Shown here: positions 49,477 to 58,640 of the stretch, piece after piece
Layout of the letters: each line of letters starts with the position of its first letter
Position numbering within the stretch: the stretch's first letter is position 1
Assembly: GCA_963663805.2 (NCBI GenBank)
Contig: CAXXMR010000012.1
Location: 448,001-512,000 of the forward strand
DNA from: Sedimentisphaerales bacterium
GTDB taxonomy: Bacteria; Planctomycetota; Phycisphaerae; Sedimentisphaerales; SM23-30
Direction of reading: 5' to 3'
DNA: 64,000 bases
Made by a program: the position numbers and the translations under genes
The notes under the pieces: model-generated
The model's database searches: none
The model's input: the letters and a program-made list of their open reading frames with translations, nothing else
Told to the model about the DNA's origin: nothing

Positions 49477-49809
49477 TCAAGGATTGGTAAAATTCAGATA
49501 GGCTGAGATTTTGTCAACAGTGGCAGGTCCTATTCCGGAAATATTGGCTAATTCGTGCGCGTTGTTAAACATCTTGACGCTTTGTCGGTATTTGACAATC
49601 TGATGGGCCCGGGCAGGTCCGACACCGGGCAGGCGTGCCATAGAATACCAGGTCGCGGTATTGGGGTTTATTTTATCAGACAACCTCGGCGTGTCGGGCC
49701 ATGATTTATCCAGATTATAATTGCCAAACGGTGCCGCCATAAAAAATATCAGCAAAGAAATTATCATTATCGAACAGCCCAGGAATTGTCGATTGGACAA
49801 TCGCCCCAT
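49477..49809 (-). CDS. ComEA-like helix-hairpin-helix DNA-binding membrane protein
   Basis: KINPNTAT...LPGVGPARA..IV.YR...F....L.NISGIGPATV; N-terminal TM. Confidence 0.9.
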   Translation of the reverse strand: MGRLSNRQFLGCSIMIISLLIFFMAAPFGNYNLDKSWPDTPRLSDKINPNTATWYSMARLPGVGPARAHQIVKYRQSVKMFNNAHELANISGIGPATVDKISAYLNFTNP

Positions 49810-49827
49810 CGTAAGTGTCCCTGTTTA

Positions 49828-50778
49828 TTAGGATAAAAGTTTCTGGCGAATATTTTCAAAGTCGTCAAGATTATAGAATTCGATGGTAATCTTGCCGCGA
49901 TGTGTTTTCTTGCCGGATGTTTTAATATTTACTCTGCTGCCCAAAGAGCGCGTCATTTCCTGTTCCAATTCGTGAATGTGTGACTGCCGGGCGGTCTGTT
50001 CCGGTTCGGGGGCCGGGGCGGGTTTCTTCATTTGTTGAATAAGCTGCTCTAACTTACGGACCGATAAGTGTTGCTTGAAAACCTGCTGGGCGAGTCTGGC
50101 CTGCGCGTTTTTATCAGGGACACCCAAGAGAGCCCGGGCATGTCCCATGGAAATTTTACCTTCAGCAAGCAGGTTACGGGCATCGTCGGTAAGTTCGAGC
50201 AAACGAATGTAGTTAGCGATAGTGGAGCGGTCTTCGCCGAGTTTTTCAGCGGCTTCCTGTTGGGTCATTGAAAAGCGGGAGAGATACTGCTGATAGGCAC
50301 GTGCCCTTTCCAGAGAATTAAGGTCCGCACGGTGGATATTTTCGACCAGGGCCCATTCGAGCATTTGTTCTTCGGTGGCGTCGCGTACAAGAGCGGGGAT
50401 TTTATCTTTGCCGGCCATCTGGGTTGCCCGCAACCGTCTTTCCCCGGCGATGAGCTGGAAGGTATCCCCCATGGGTCGGACCAGAATAGGCTGAATCAGG
50501 CCGTTGGCTTTAATGGACTCTGATAGGTCCAGAAGTTTCTGCTGGTCCCATTCCTGACGCGGCTGATGGGGATTGCGATTGATTTTATCGATGGTCAGTT
50601 CGGTGACGTAATCGCCGGGGCGAGAAACCGTCCTTGATTCTGGAGCTATTGTATCGGTTATTCTTGGAGTTGGTTCAATTTGGGGTTGGGGCGGGGCAGT
50701 TTCGGCAATCTGGTCGATTCTGGTAGACGAAAGGAGGGAGTTAAGCCCTCTGCCCAGCCTTTTTTTGTTTTCGCTCAT
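49828..50778 (-). CDS. parB: Chromosome partitioning protein ParB/Spo0J
   Basis: RLGRGLNSLL (ParA-stimulating peptide), NPHQPR, GLIQPILVR, IAGERRLRA (CTP box), ENIHRADL, HTH RSTIANYIRLL, GHARALL. Confidence 0.97.
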   Translation of the reverse strand: MSENKKRLGRGLNSLLSSTRIDQIAETAPPQPQIEPTPRITDTIAPESRTVSRPGDYVTELTIDKINRNPHQPRQEWDQQKLLDLSESIKANGLIQPILVRPMGDTFQLIAGERRLRATQMAGKDKIPALVRDATEEQMLEWALVENIHRADLNSLERARAYQQYLSRFSMTQQEAAEKLGEDRSTIANYIRLLELTDDARNLLAEGKISMGHARALLGVPDKNAQARLAQQVFKQHLSVRKLEQLIQQMKKPAPAPEPEQTARQSHIHELEQEMTRSLGSRVNIKTSGKKTHRGKITIEFYNLDDFENIRQKLLS

Positions 50779-50830
50779 GAGGTATTTCTCCGTGAGTTCA
50801 GTAGTCTATATATTGCTTAATCTGCGTGGT

Positions 50831-50859
50831 ATTTTCGAGCCAGGTGCTATGGGTGTCAA
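50831..50859 (-). promoter_or_regulatory. Putative sigma70 promoter of parB
   Basis: TTGACA (50859-50854), 17 bp spacer, GAAAAT (50836-50831). Confidence 0.5.
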
Positions 50860-50888
50860 GGTAAATAAGATGGAGGGGTAGCCAGAAT

Positions 50889-50904
50889 TGTTCCACGTGG
50901 AACA
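50889..50904. promoter_or_regulatory. parS: parS centromere site 1
   Basis: Perfect palindrome TGTTCCACGTGGAACA (extends to 20 bp, 50887-50906), matching the chromosomal parS consensus. Confidence 0.95.
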
Positions 50905-50946
50905 ATGGTATTTTGCAAGGTGAGTAGAGTGGGGTCGGTCTGCGGA

Positions 50947-50962
50947 TGTTCCACGTGGAACA
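50947..50962. promoter_or_regulatory. parS: parS centromere site 2
   Basis: Second TGTTCCACGTGGAACA, starting 58 bp after the first. Confidence 0.95.
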
Positions 50963-51147
50963 CCGGTCAGTTTAACTGAAAATGCGATAAAAAAACAAAA
51001 AGCGGGGGTCGTTGACATGGCTTTTCCGGGTGGAGATTTCTGGTTATTGACTCAGCAGCCCAAAACAGTTATCGGAACCTGGCTATGGTTTTGTTAAAGA
51101 GTTAATAATTCGTGATTTAGGCGGTTTTGGGCCGATTAAGAGAGGGT

Positions 51148-52644
51148 ATGGATAAAGAAGTTTTGCACTCAGAGAGGGGGCTAAAGGGGCGGGTTTTGCG
51201 CGCGTGCCGGTGGGTTCTTTTGGAGGGGTTAGGGGTTCAGGGGATGCGGCTGATAAGGCAATTGGCGTTGACCTGGCTTTTGGCCCAGGAAGTAATCGGT
51301 ATTCTGGCGTTGGTTTGGGGCGTATTAGCGGTTTTGCGAGAATGGTCGGACACAGGGGTGCGACATGCATTAATTCAAAGTTCGCAGGGGGGGCATAAGG
51401 ACTACCTTGATTGTGCCTGGACCATAAATCTAATGCGAAATCTGATTCTGGCGGGCGTTCTATACTTTGGCGCGGGATTCATCGCTGAGGGGATATACCA
51501 GCAACCAGAGTTGAGGGGGTTATTAAGATGGTGCTGTCTGATTGTTATTCTGGACGGCCTAACAAGCATGAGTCTGACGGTAATGCGCAGGGAACTGCAC
51601 TTTCGGCCCATTGCAATGGTGCAGATGGCGGCGAATTTCGCGGGTTTACTGGCAGCTATCGGACTATGCAAATGGCAGCCTAGCGCCCGTTCGGTGGTAA
51701 TCGCGGAAATCCTGACATCGGGAATAATATTTGTAAGCAGCTATCTGGTAGGCAGTTACAAGCCAAAACTTAAGTTTGACCGGTCAGTTGGACTGGATTT
51801 GCTGGGTTTTGGAGCCATGGCATATCTGGTAACCCTGGTAGACGCGGTGGGCATGAGGGCTGATTTACTGATACTAGGCAAAGTGGCGCCAATGAGCGAT
51901 GTGGGGATTTATTATCTGGGTATGGTGGTGATGGTGGCAGCTTGCGGGATATTTTCCAGATTGACCATCGAGGTGGGCTTTCCGGCATTGTGCCTGGTCC
52001 GGCATGACCGGGCGGCGATGAGAAGGGGGGTCGCTGAAATAATCAAAGGTACACAGCTGGTTTCCCTGCCGGCGTTTCTGGCATTGGGGATATTGGGGCC
52101 TGACATTGTAAAAATTATGCCGACCAAATATGCCGAAGTGGGTGAAGTTTTGCGGTGGCTGAGCATTTTAGGCTTAGCGCTGACATTTACGCGACAGCTG
52201 GCACCGGCATTATACGCGTTACGCAGGGTATTTTGGTGTGTATTACGCGGGATATTGGCGTTGGTGCTGGTTTCGATTTTGGTAGGCCCAATGTACAAAT
52301 ATTGGGGTCTTACCGGGGCATGTTGGGCAGCAAATATTGGGGGAATTGTTACGACAGTGATGATGTGGGTGGTGGTATTGAAGGAACTGGGCTGGCAGTG
52401 GGGGCAATGGTGGTCCAGCGTGGCAGTACTGGGTAAATGTGTAATGGGTGGGGCAGCAGGGATGACGGCGGCGGTGTTGATTATGTGGGGATTGGGGATA
52501 GAGCTAGCCGATGTGACAAAGGTGCGTTTGATATTGTGCGGGGGGGGCGGAGTGGGTTATGCGATATGCGGCTGGCGGTTTTATCGACCGGGTGGAGTGT
52601 GTGCGGCAAGCAAACAAGGGACATTAAACAAGGGTTGTGTTTAA
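51148..52644 (+). CDS. Wzx/PST-family oligosaccharide flippase
   Basis: About 12-14 TMs; 'SDTGV..ALIQ', 'RELHF', 'DLLILGK....DVGIYY', 'FPAL'. Confidence 0.88.
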   Translation: MDKEVLHSERGLKGRVLRACRWVLLEGLGVQGMRLIRQLALTWLLAQEVIGILALVWGVLAVLREWSDTGVRHALIQSSQGGHKDYLDCAWTINLMRNLILAGVLYFGAGFIAEGIYQQPELRGLLRWCCLIVILDGLTSMSLTVMRRELHFRPIAMVQMAANFAGLLAAIGLCKWQPSARSVVIAEILTSGIIFVSSYLVGSYKPKLKFDRSVGLDLLGFGAMAYLVTLVDAVGMRADLLILGKVAPMSDVGIYYLGMVVMVAACGIFSRLTIEVGFPALCLVRHDRAAMRRGVAEIIKGTQLVSLPAFLALGILGPDIVKIMPTKYAEVGEVLRWLSILGLALTFTRQLAPALYALRRVFWCVLRGILALVLVSILVGPMYKYWGLTGACWAANIGGIVTTVMMWVVVLKELGWQWGQWWSSVAVLGKCVMGGAAGMTAAVLIMWGLGIELADVTKVRLILCGGGGVGYAICGWRFYRPGGVCAASKQGTLNKGCV

Positions 52645-52701
52645 TAACTGGAGTTTTGCGAAAGTTCAGTGCTAATTTAGAACAAGTGTAAAAGGCTAAT
52701 C

Positions 52702-53793
52702 ATGAAGAAGCGTCTGATGAATTGGCTGGCTTGCCCGGAGTGCGGCGGCGAACCGGCCTTACATATTTTTGAAGAGGGTGACGATGCGATACAATCCGGC
52801 TTGCTGATATGCAAAGATTGTCGGCGTGAATATATGATAGTCGATGGTATTGCCCGGATGCTGGGCAGGCATTTGTATGCCAATGATGAATTTGAAAAAC
52901 GGTTCTCAAACGAGATTGAGCAGTCTCGGGCTGGCGCGAGAGCGGCAGTTGAAGTTAGGAGCGAGCTGGACGGATTAAAAAGGGACACCATGAAAAGTTT
53001 TGGCTGGGAGTGGCAGACTTATGACCGTTTTGGCTGGGACGATGAGACATTCAATCTGGAGAAAGAGCAGCAGCGGTTTCAGGAGAATACGCTGTTTGCA
53101 GAAGGGGAGTTGGAAGGCAAAGTAATTCTGGATTGTGGTTGCGGCAATGGCAGATACATGATGCAGGCGTTGCGTTTGGGGGCAGAGGTGATAGGGGTTG
53201 ATTTAAGTTGTGCGGTAGACGCAGCGCAAAAAAATCTGGGTGGTCAGTCGAACGCTCATTTTGTTCAGGGCGATTTATTAAAGCTACCGTTTCGTAAGCG
53301 TACGTTAGATGGCGCTTTCAGCATTGGCGTTTTGATGCACACGGGCAATGCAAAAGCGGCGTTTCTGTCGATATCGTCTCACGTGCGAGAAGGTGGCGTG
53401 ATAGGTATAAGTGTTTATCAGAAACAAAATCCGCTGCACGAAATCAACGACTGGTGGCTGCGAAAAGTTACCACGAAATGGAGTCCGGAATTTTTAAAGA
53501 AGGTTTCGCGTGGGGCGGCTGATTTTGCCAGGGCGGCCTGGAAGGTTCGGATGCTGGGAGCAATAAACGCTTTGATGAGGCTGGAGCCTTATGAGCTTTG
53601 TGTTTATGACTGGTACAGCGCCCCGATAGCGACGCACCATCGGCGGACGGAGGTACGGGGCTGGTTTGAGCAGGCGGGGGCGGAGAAAATATTAAGCGAC
53701 GAAAAAGGGGACACTCGTGACCCGATACGCAAATGGATTTGGCCGCGTTGTGGTTTTACAATGAGAGGCACCATCAAAAATTTTCCTGAATAG
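52702..53793 (+). CDS. Trm112-like zinc ribbon fused to a class I SAM methyltransferase
   Basis: LACPECGG...GLLICKDCRREYMIVDGIARM; SFGWEW; ILDCGCGNGRY; GVDLS; QGDL..LPF; SIGVLMHT; YDWYS. Confidence 0.9.
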   Translation: MKKRLMNWLACPECGGEPALHIFEEGDDAIQSGLLICKDCRREYMIVDGIARMLGRHLYANDEFEKRFSNEIEQSRAGARAAVEVRSELDGLKRDTMKSFGWEWQTYDRFGWDDETFNLEKEQQRFQENTLFAEGELEGKVILDCGCGNGRYMMQALRLGAEVIGVDLSCAVDAAQKNLGGQSNAHFVQGDLLKLPFRKRTLDGAFSIGVLMHTGNAKAAFLSISSHVREGGVIGISVYQKQNPLHEINDWWLRKVTTKWSPEFLKKVSRGAADFARAAWKVRMLGAINALMRLEPYELCVYDWYSAPIATHHRRTEVRGWFEQAGAEKILSDEKGDTRDPIRKWIWPRCGFTMRGTIKNFPE

Positions 53794-53972
53794 AGATACT
53801 GGTCCGGTTGTTAAAGTAATCACAGTCTTCGCTTGTACGTACAATTAACTTATATTTCCGAGGATTATCTCATTTACATTTGGCGGGGTTGTGGTTACGT
53901 TAGTGGGGGTTTTGTTAATGTTATTAATATTATATAGTCGGATAGTTAATCCGGGTTTGAGGAGTATTTTGC

Positions 53973-54425
53973 ATGATATATGATATTTTGGAAAACAGTG
54001 AACTTTATGCGGCAACCTGGGACCGTTTGGCGATTGCCCTGGAATGGCTCAAGGGGTTTGACCCGTCCGAGCCGGACGGCAAATACCCTATCGTCGGCGA
54101 TGATATTATCGCTTCGGTAGACAGCTATGAGAGTCGCAAGTCGCCGAACACGATGTTTGAATCCCATGAGAAGTATGTGGATTTACAATTTGTGCTGGAG
54201 GGTAATGAATATATTGATGTAGCGGTGGGCGAAGCGTTAATGGTTGCCGAGGCCTACGATGCCAAGAGAGATGTGGCTTTTTGGGGTTATGATGGGGCAT
54301 ACAGTCGGGTGGTGATGCGGTCGGGCAGTTTTGCGGTATTGTGGCCCGGTGATGTGCATCGGCCCTGCCAGCAGATAGACAAGCCCGAACCTATTCGCAA
54401 GATTGTCGTGAAGATTCGTCTGTAA
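53973..54425 (+). CDS. YhcH/YjgK/YiaL family protein
   Basis: FESHEKYVDLQFVLEG.E, YD..RDVAF, F.VLWPGDVHRP, RKIVVKI. Confidence 0.93.
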   Translation: MIYDILENSELYAATWDRLAIALEWLKGFDPSEPDGKYPIVGDDIIASVDSYESRKSPNTMFESHEKYVDLQFVLEGNEYIDVAVGEALMVAEAYDAKRDVAFWGYDGAYSRVVMRSGSFAVLWPGDVHRPCQQIDKPEPIRKIVVKIRL

Positions 54426-54472
54426 GGGTTTTTGATTGACGGAATATGGGGGTGCGTTAGACTGTTGGGACT

Positions 54473-55933
54473 ATGGAACAGGAATATAATATAAATGAGT
54501 ATGAGGCGGCCCGGCGTGATAAGCTGGAGAAGCTGCGGGAATTAGATGTTGACCCGTTCGGTGGTCGGTTCGCTGGCGCTGAGTCACTGGCGACGGTAGC
54601 GGGTAAATATAACGCGGAAAATGAAGAGCAGGTTGTTTGCGGGGCGGGGCGTATTGTGCTGCTACGTGATATTGGCAAACTGATTTTCATTACGATTCGC
54701 GACTGGTCGGGCGAGATTCAGTTGGGTTTGAGTAAAAAGCTGCTGGGCGATAGCTGGCAGGTCGCTAAACTGCTGGACCTGGGCGATATAATCGGCGCGG
54801 CAGGAATGCTGGGTAAGACCAAGACCGGTGAGATTACGATTTGGGTGACGGAATTAACGCTGCTGTCGAAGGCAACGACTCCGCCGCCGGAAAAGTGGCA
54901 CGGTCTATCGGATGTCGAACTTCGGTATCGTCAGCGTTACGTGGATTTGTTTTCCAATCCAGCTGTCATGGATACGTTCAAGAAACGTTCGGTCATAGTT
55001 CGTTCGATTCGGCGGTTCATGGAAGAGCGGGGATTTGTGGAAGTTGAAACGCCGATGATGCAGCGTATCGCCGGTGGTGCGGCGGCTCGGCCTTTCCTGA
55101 CGCATCACAACGCTCTGGACATGGAACTGTTCATGCGGATAGCACCGGAGCTGTATTTGAAACGGCTGCTGGTGGGCGGCATGGAAAAGGTGTTTGAGAT
55201 TAACCGGAATTTCCGTAACGAAGGTATCGACCGCCAGCACAACCCGGAATTTACCTCGATGGAAGTATATGAAGCCTACGGCGATTATATAACCATGATG
55301 GAGCTGACCGAGGAGTTGATTCGTAAGCTGGCGTTGGAAGTAAGTGCCGATGGAATTATCGAGTGGAGCGGGCATGAGATAGATTACAGCAAGCCGTTTC
55401 GCAAAGTGACCTATGCAGATTTATTCGCGGAGATAAATGGTTTCGCGATTACGGAAATCGACAAGGTTCGGGCCAAAGCCCGGCAGTTGGAAATCAACGA
55501 AGCCAAAATGGATAATGTGGTGGTGGTGAACGAGGTGTTCGAGGAAACCGCCGAAGCAGGATTGATTCTGCCGACGTTTGTGATGGATTATCCCAGTGCG
55601 CTGTCGCCTCTGACCCGGCCACGTAAGGATAACCCGGAATTATGCGAACGCTGGGATTTATTTATCGGCGCGATGGAAATCGGTCCGGCCTATAGTGAGC
55701 TTAACGACCCGGATATTCAGGAATCGAAATTCAAGGAACAGTTACGCGGTGCCGACGACGCGGAAGAAGATACGTTTCGCACTCTGGACGAAGATTTTCT
55801 GAACGCGTTGAAACATGGTATGCCGCCGGCGGGTGGTCTGGGCATTGGAATCGACCGCTTGATAATGCTGCTGACGGGTTCGTCGAGTATACGCGATGTA
55901 ATTCTGTTTCCGCTGATGCGACCGACAAAGTAA
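54473..55933 (+). CDS. lysS: Lysyl-tRNA synthetase class II
   Basis: YRQRYVDL, EVETPMM, GGAAARPF, LFMRIAPELYLKRL, FRNEG..HNPEF, PPAGGLGIGIDRL. Confidence 0.99.
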   Translation: MEQEYNINEYEAARRDKLEKLRELDVDPFGGRFAGAESLATVAGKYNAENEEQVVCGAGRIVLLRDIGKLIFITIRDWSGEIQLGLSKKLLGDSWQVAKLLDLGDIIGAAGMLGKTKTGEITIWVTELTLLSKATTPPPEKWHGLSDVELRYRQRYVDLFSNPAVMDTFKKRSVIVRSIRRFMEERGFVEVETPMMQRIAGGAAARPFLTHHNALDMELFMRIAPELYLKRLLVGGMEKVFEINRNFRNEGIDRQHNPEFTSMEVYEAYGDYITMMELTEELIRKLALEVSADGIIEWSGHEIDYSKPFRKVTYADLFAEINGFAITEIDKVRAKARQLEINEAKMDNVVVVNEVFEETAEAGLILPTFVMDYPSALSPLTRPRKDNPELCERWDLFIGAMEIGPAYSELNDPDIQESKFKEQLRGADDAEEDTFRTLDEDFLNALKHGMPPAGGLGIGIDRLIMLLTGSSSIRDVILFPLMRPTK

Positions 55934-55940
55934 CAAACAG

Positions 55941-55964
55941 AAAAAGGTGTCGGACACCTTTTTT
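55941..55964. terminator. Perfect palindrome after lysS (bidirectional terminator or REP-like unit)
   Basis: AAAAAGGTGTC-G-GACACCTTTTT(T). Confidence 0.65.
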
Positions 55965-55974
55965 GGGGTTGGTG

Positions 55975-57369
55975 ATGGTGCAGATTTTTTTAGGCTGGCG
56001 TTATTTATGGCGGCGACGTATCGCTATGCTGGGGATGCTGGCGGTCGCGTTTTGCGTGGCTTTGCTGATAGTAGTCAGCAGTTTGTTTACGGGGGTGATT
56101 GAAGCATACAATCGTTTCGCGGATGAGCAGTGGGGTCAGGTTGTTCTGCATCCGCATATGGAGTGGGGTCATCAGGAAGAATTGGTCGCTGAGCTTGAGG
56201 CTTTGCCTTCGGTGGCGTGGGCTTTGCCGGTGGCTGAAGAAGGCGGGCTGTTATATGTCGATAAAGGCGATGTACGTGGAGTGTTTTTGCGGGGTACGGA
56301 TATAAATCGTCAGGTTCGGCTGAAAATTTTTGGCAAGGGGTTACTGCGACAAAATGAGGGTGGCGCTTCGTTTGATTTAGATTCATCAGCAAAGGAATCC
56401 GCTCGCGCCGCCCTGGCCAAACGTCTGGGCCGGGAGATTAACGATGAGGAATTGCCCACAGGCATAATTGTCGGCGCGGGTATATTAGGCACACCGGATG
56501 AATTCACGGATGAATATAATGATAATAAGTTATTAGATCGTGTGGCGAACTGGTCGCGACCCATGGTGGTGACACTGGGCCGGCAAGGCGATGAGGGTGC
56601 GGAAAAGCGCACCGCACAATTTTGGCCGATAGATGTGGTTGATTCGGGGATGCACGAAATTGACACCCGCACGGTTTATATTCCGTTCGATTCGATGCGC
56701 AAACTGATAGGGCGACGGAATGCGGACGGTGCTTATATCTGCCGGGCGGACATTCAGGTCCGGGCGGCGGACGGCGTGGATGAGGCGGCCATAAAAAGGG
56801 ACCTTCAGCAGACATGGATGCGGTTCGCGACCGAACGGCTGGGCCTGTCGCAGTTTCAGGCGGCTCAGGCAGGAATTTATAAGGGACGGGAAATGGTGGC
56901 CGAGTTCACCAGAGAGATTCGCAAGCAGTTATTTGTTTTGCAGATGATTCTCGGTTTTATATTTATCGTCGCGGCGGCGTTGATTTTTGTGATTCTGATA
57001 ATGATGGTCGTGCAGAAACGTAAAGATATTGGCATTATCCGGGCCGTGGGCATGTCACGTTCCGCGGTGGCGAGTTTATTTTTGTGGTACGGCGGCTGGG
57101 TAGGTATGCTGGGGGCAATGGCTGGCATTGGGCTGGGCATCTGGGCGACGAAAAACATAAATTCACTGGAATCATTCCTGGCGAGCCTGCTGGGTTTCAA
57201 GATTTGGAAAAGCGGGGTCTATTTCATTCGGGAGATACCCAGCGAGGTTGCCTGGTCCGCGGTATGGTGGATTGCGGCGGCAGGATTGATAACCGCGATA
57301 TTGGGAGCGTTACTGCCGGCGCTACGTGCAGCCCGGCTGGCACCGGTCGAGGCGCTCAGATACGAATAA
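55975..57369 (+). CDS. LolC/E-family ABC permease (second paralogue)
   Basis: WRYLWRRR, 'MMVVQKRKDIGIIRAVG', 'PALRAARLAPVEALRYE'. Confidence 0.9.
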   Translation: MVQIFLGWRYLWRRRIAMLGMLAVAFCVALLIVVSSLFTGVIEAYNRFADEQWGQVVLHPHMEWGHQEELVAELEALPSVAWALPVAEEGGLLYVDKGDVRGVFLRGTDINRQVRLKIFGKGLLRQNEGGASFDLDSSAKESARAALAKRLGREINDEELPTGIIVGAGILGTPDEFTDEYNDNKLLDRVANWSRPMVVTLGRQGDEGAEKRTAQFWPIDVVDSGMHEIDTRTVYIPFDSMRKLIGRRNADGAYICRADIQVRAADGVDEAAIKRDLQQTWMRFATERLGLSQFQAAQAGIYKGREMVAEFTREIRKQLFVLQMILGFIFIVAAALIFVILIMMVVQKRKDIGIIRAVGMSRSAVASLFLWYGGWVGMLGAMAGIGLGIWATKNINSLESFLASLLGFKIWKSGVYFIREIPSEVAWSAVWWIAAAGLITAILGALLPALRAARLAPVEALRYE

Positions 57370-57388
57370 CTTTTTAAGGGAGCTTATT

Positions 57389-58078
57389 ATGACTATTGAG
57401 GGTGATTTTTCACAAGAAACCTGGCGTGTTTTTAGGATTATGGCAGAGTTTGTCGAAGGGTTTGATGAACTAAGCAAACTGGGCCCGGCGGTTTCGGTGT
57501 TCGGTTCAGCGCGGACCCAGCCCGATGACCCATATTATCAACTGGCTGAACGCCTGGGCGCGGAACTTGTCAAGGGCGGCTATGCGGTTATTACCGGCGG
57601 CGGCGGCGGGATTATGGAAGCAGCCAACAAAGGCGCGTTTGAAGCAAATGGTCAAAGTGTGGGTTTGAATATTGAACTGCCGCATGAACAAAATCCAAAT
57701 GATTACCAAACTCTTTCGCTGAGTTTCCGATATTTCTTCGCCCGCAAAACCATGTTTACCAAATACGCCAGTGGTTATATAATCATGCCCGGCGGGTTCG
57801 GCACACTGGATGAGTTTTTCGAGTCCATAACCTTGATGCAGACCATGAAGACCACGCGTTTTCCGGTCATTTTGATGGGACGTACATTCTGGCGGGGTAT
57901 GCTGGAATGGGTCGAACGCTTCATGCTGGAAGGCGGCATGGTTTCACAGGATGACATCGACCTGTACACTGTCACCGACGACCCCGAAGAAGCGGTGAGA
58001 ATTATCAACGACTTCAACGGCCATAAAGGCTGGAAGGTTCCCGAAGGTATTGTCACCTATCGGCAAGAAGGAAATTAG
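57389..58078 (+). CDS. LOG family protein (TIGR00730)
   Basis: VSVFGSAR, ITGGGGGIMEAANKGA, YFFARK, PGGFGTLDE. Confidence 0.95.
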   Translation: MTIEGDFSQETWRVFRIMAEFVEGFDELSKLGPAVSVFGSARTQPDDPYYQLAERLGAELVKGGYAVITGGGGGIMEAANKGAFEANGQSVGLNIELPHEQNPNDYQTLSLSFRYFFARKTMFTKYASGYIIMPGGFGTLDEFFESITLMQTMKTTRFPVILMGRTFWRGMLEWVERFMLEGGMVSQDDIDLYTVTDDPEEAVRIINDFNGHKGWKVPEGIVTYRQEGN

Positions 58079-58081
58079 TAT

Positions 58082-58636
58082 ATGCAAGCCGTAGAAAAAC
58101 TGTCGGCGAAGCGGGCGGCATTATTGCTAGTCGATATGCAGGATGCTTTTGTCCCGCATATCGCGGGGATGGCAGAAGTAACTTCGCGTTGCGCGATTAT
58201 GATTCAGGCGGCAAAGCTGCTGGACTTGCCTGTCATTGTTACGGAACAATATCCTAAAGGATTAGGTCGTACTATTGAGCCACTGCAAAATATGCTGGGC
58301 GATGTCCCTTATTACGACAAGGTAAGTTTCAGTTGCTGCGGAGACGACAAAATCCGTCGGGCTTTGTTGGCTACAGGCCGTAATCAGATAATCATCGTCG
58401 GTATCGAAACACATGTATGTATCGAACAAACCACGCTTGATTTACTGGAGCTTGGTCAGCAGCCTTTTATTATCGCTGATGCTGTTTCGTCCCGACAAAT
58501 CAGCGACAAGGAAATCGCGCTAGCGAAAATGCGTGACCAGGGCGCGTTGGTTACAACGATTGAGGCGGGCTTAATGGCCATGCTGGGTTCGAGCAAACAT
58601 CCGGCGTTTCGGGATATTTCCAAATTGATTAAGTAA
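58082..58636 (+). CDS. Isochorismatase-family hydrolase
   Basis: LLLVDMQ, TEQYPKGLG.T, K.SFSC, GIETHVCI, ADAVSSR. Confidence 0.93.
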   Translation: MQAVEKLSAKRAALLLVDMQDAFVPHIAGMAEVTSRCAIMIQAAKLLDLPVIVTEQYPKGLGRTIEPLQNMLGDVPYYDKVSFSCCGDDKIRRALLATGRNQIIIVGIETHVCIEQTTLDLLELGQQPFIIADAVSSRQISDKEIALAKMRDQGALVTTIEAGLMAMLGSSKHPAFRDISKLIK

Positions 58637-58640
58637 ATTA

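Noticed and set aside
53794..53972. AT-rich intergenic region near parS considered as oriC
   Set aside because: No convincing DnaA boxes; more simply a promoter region.
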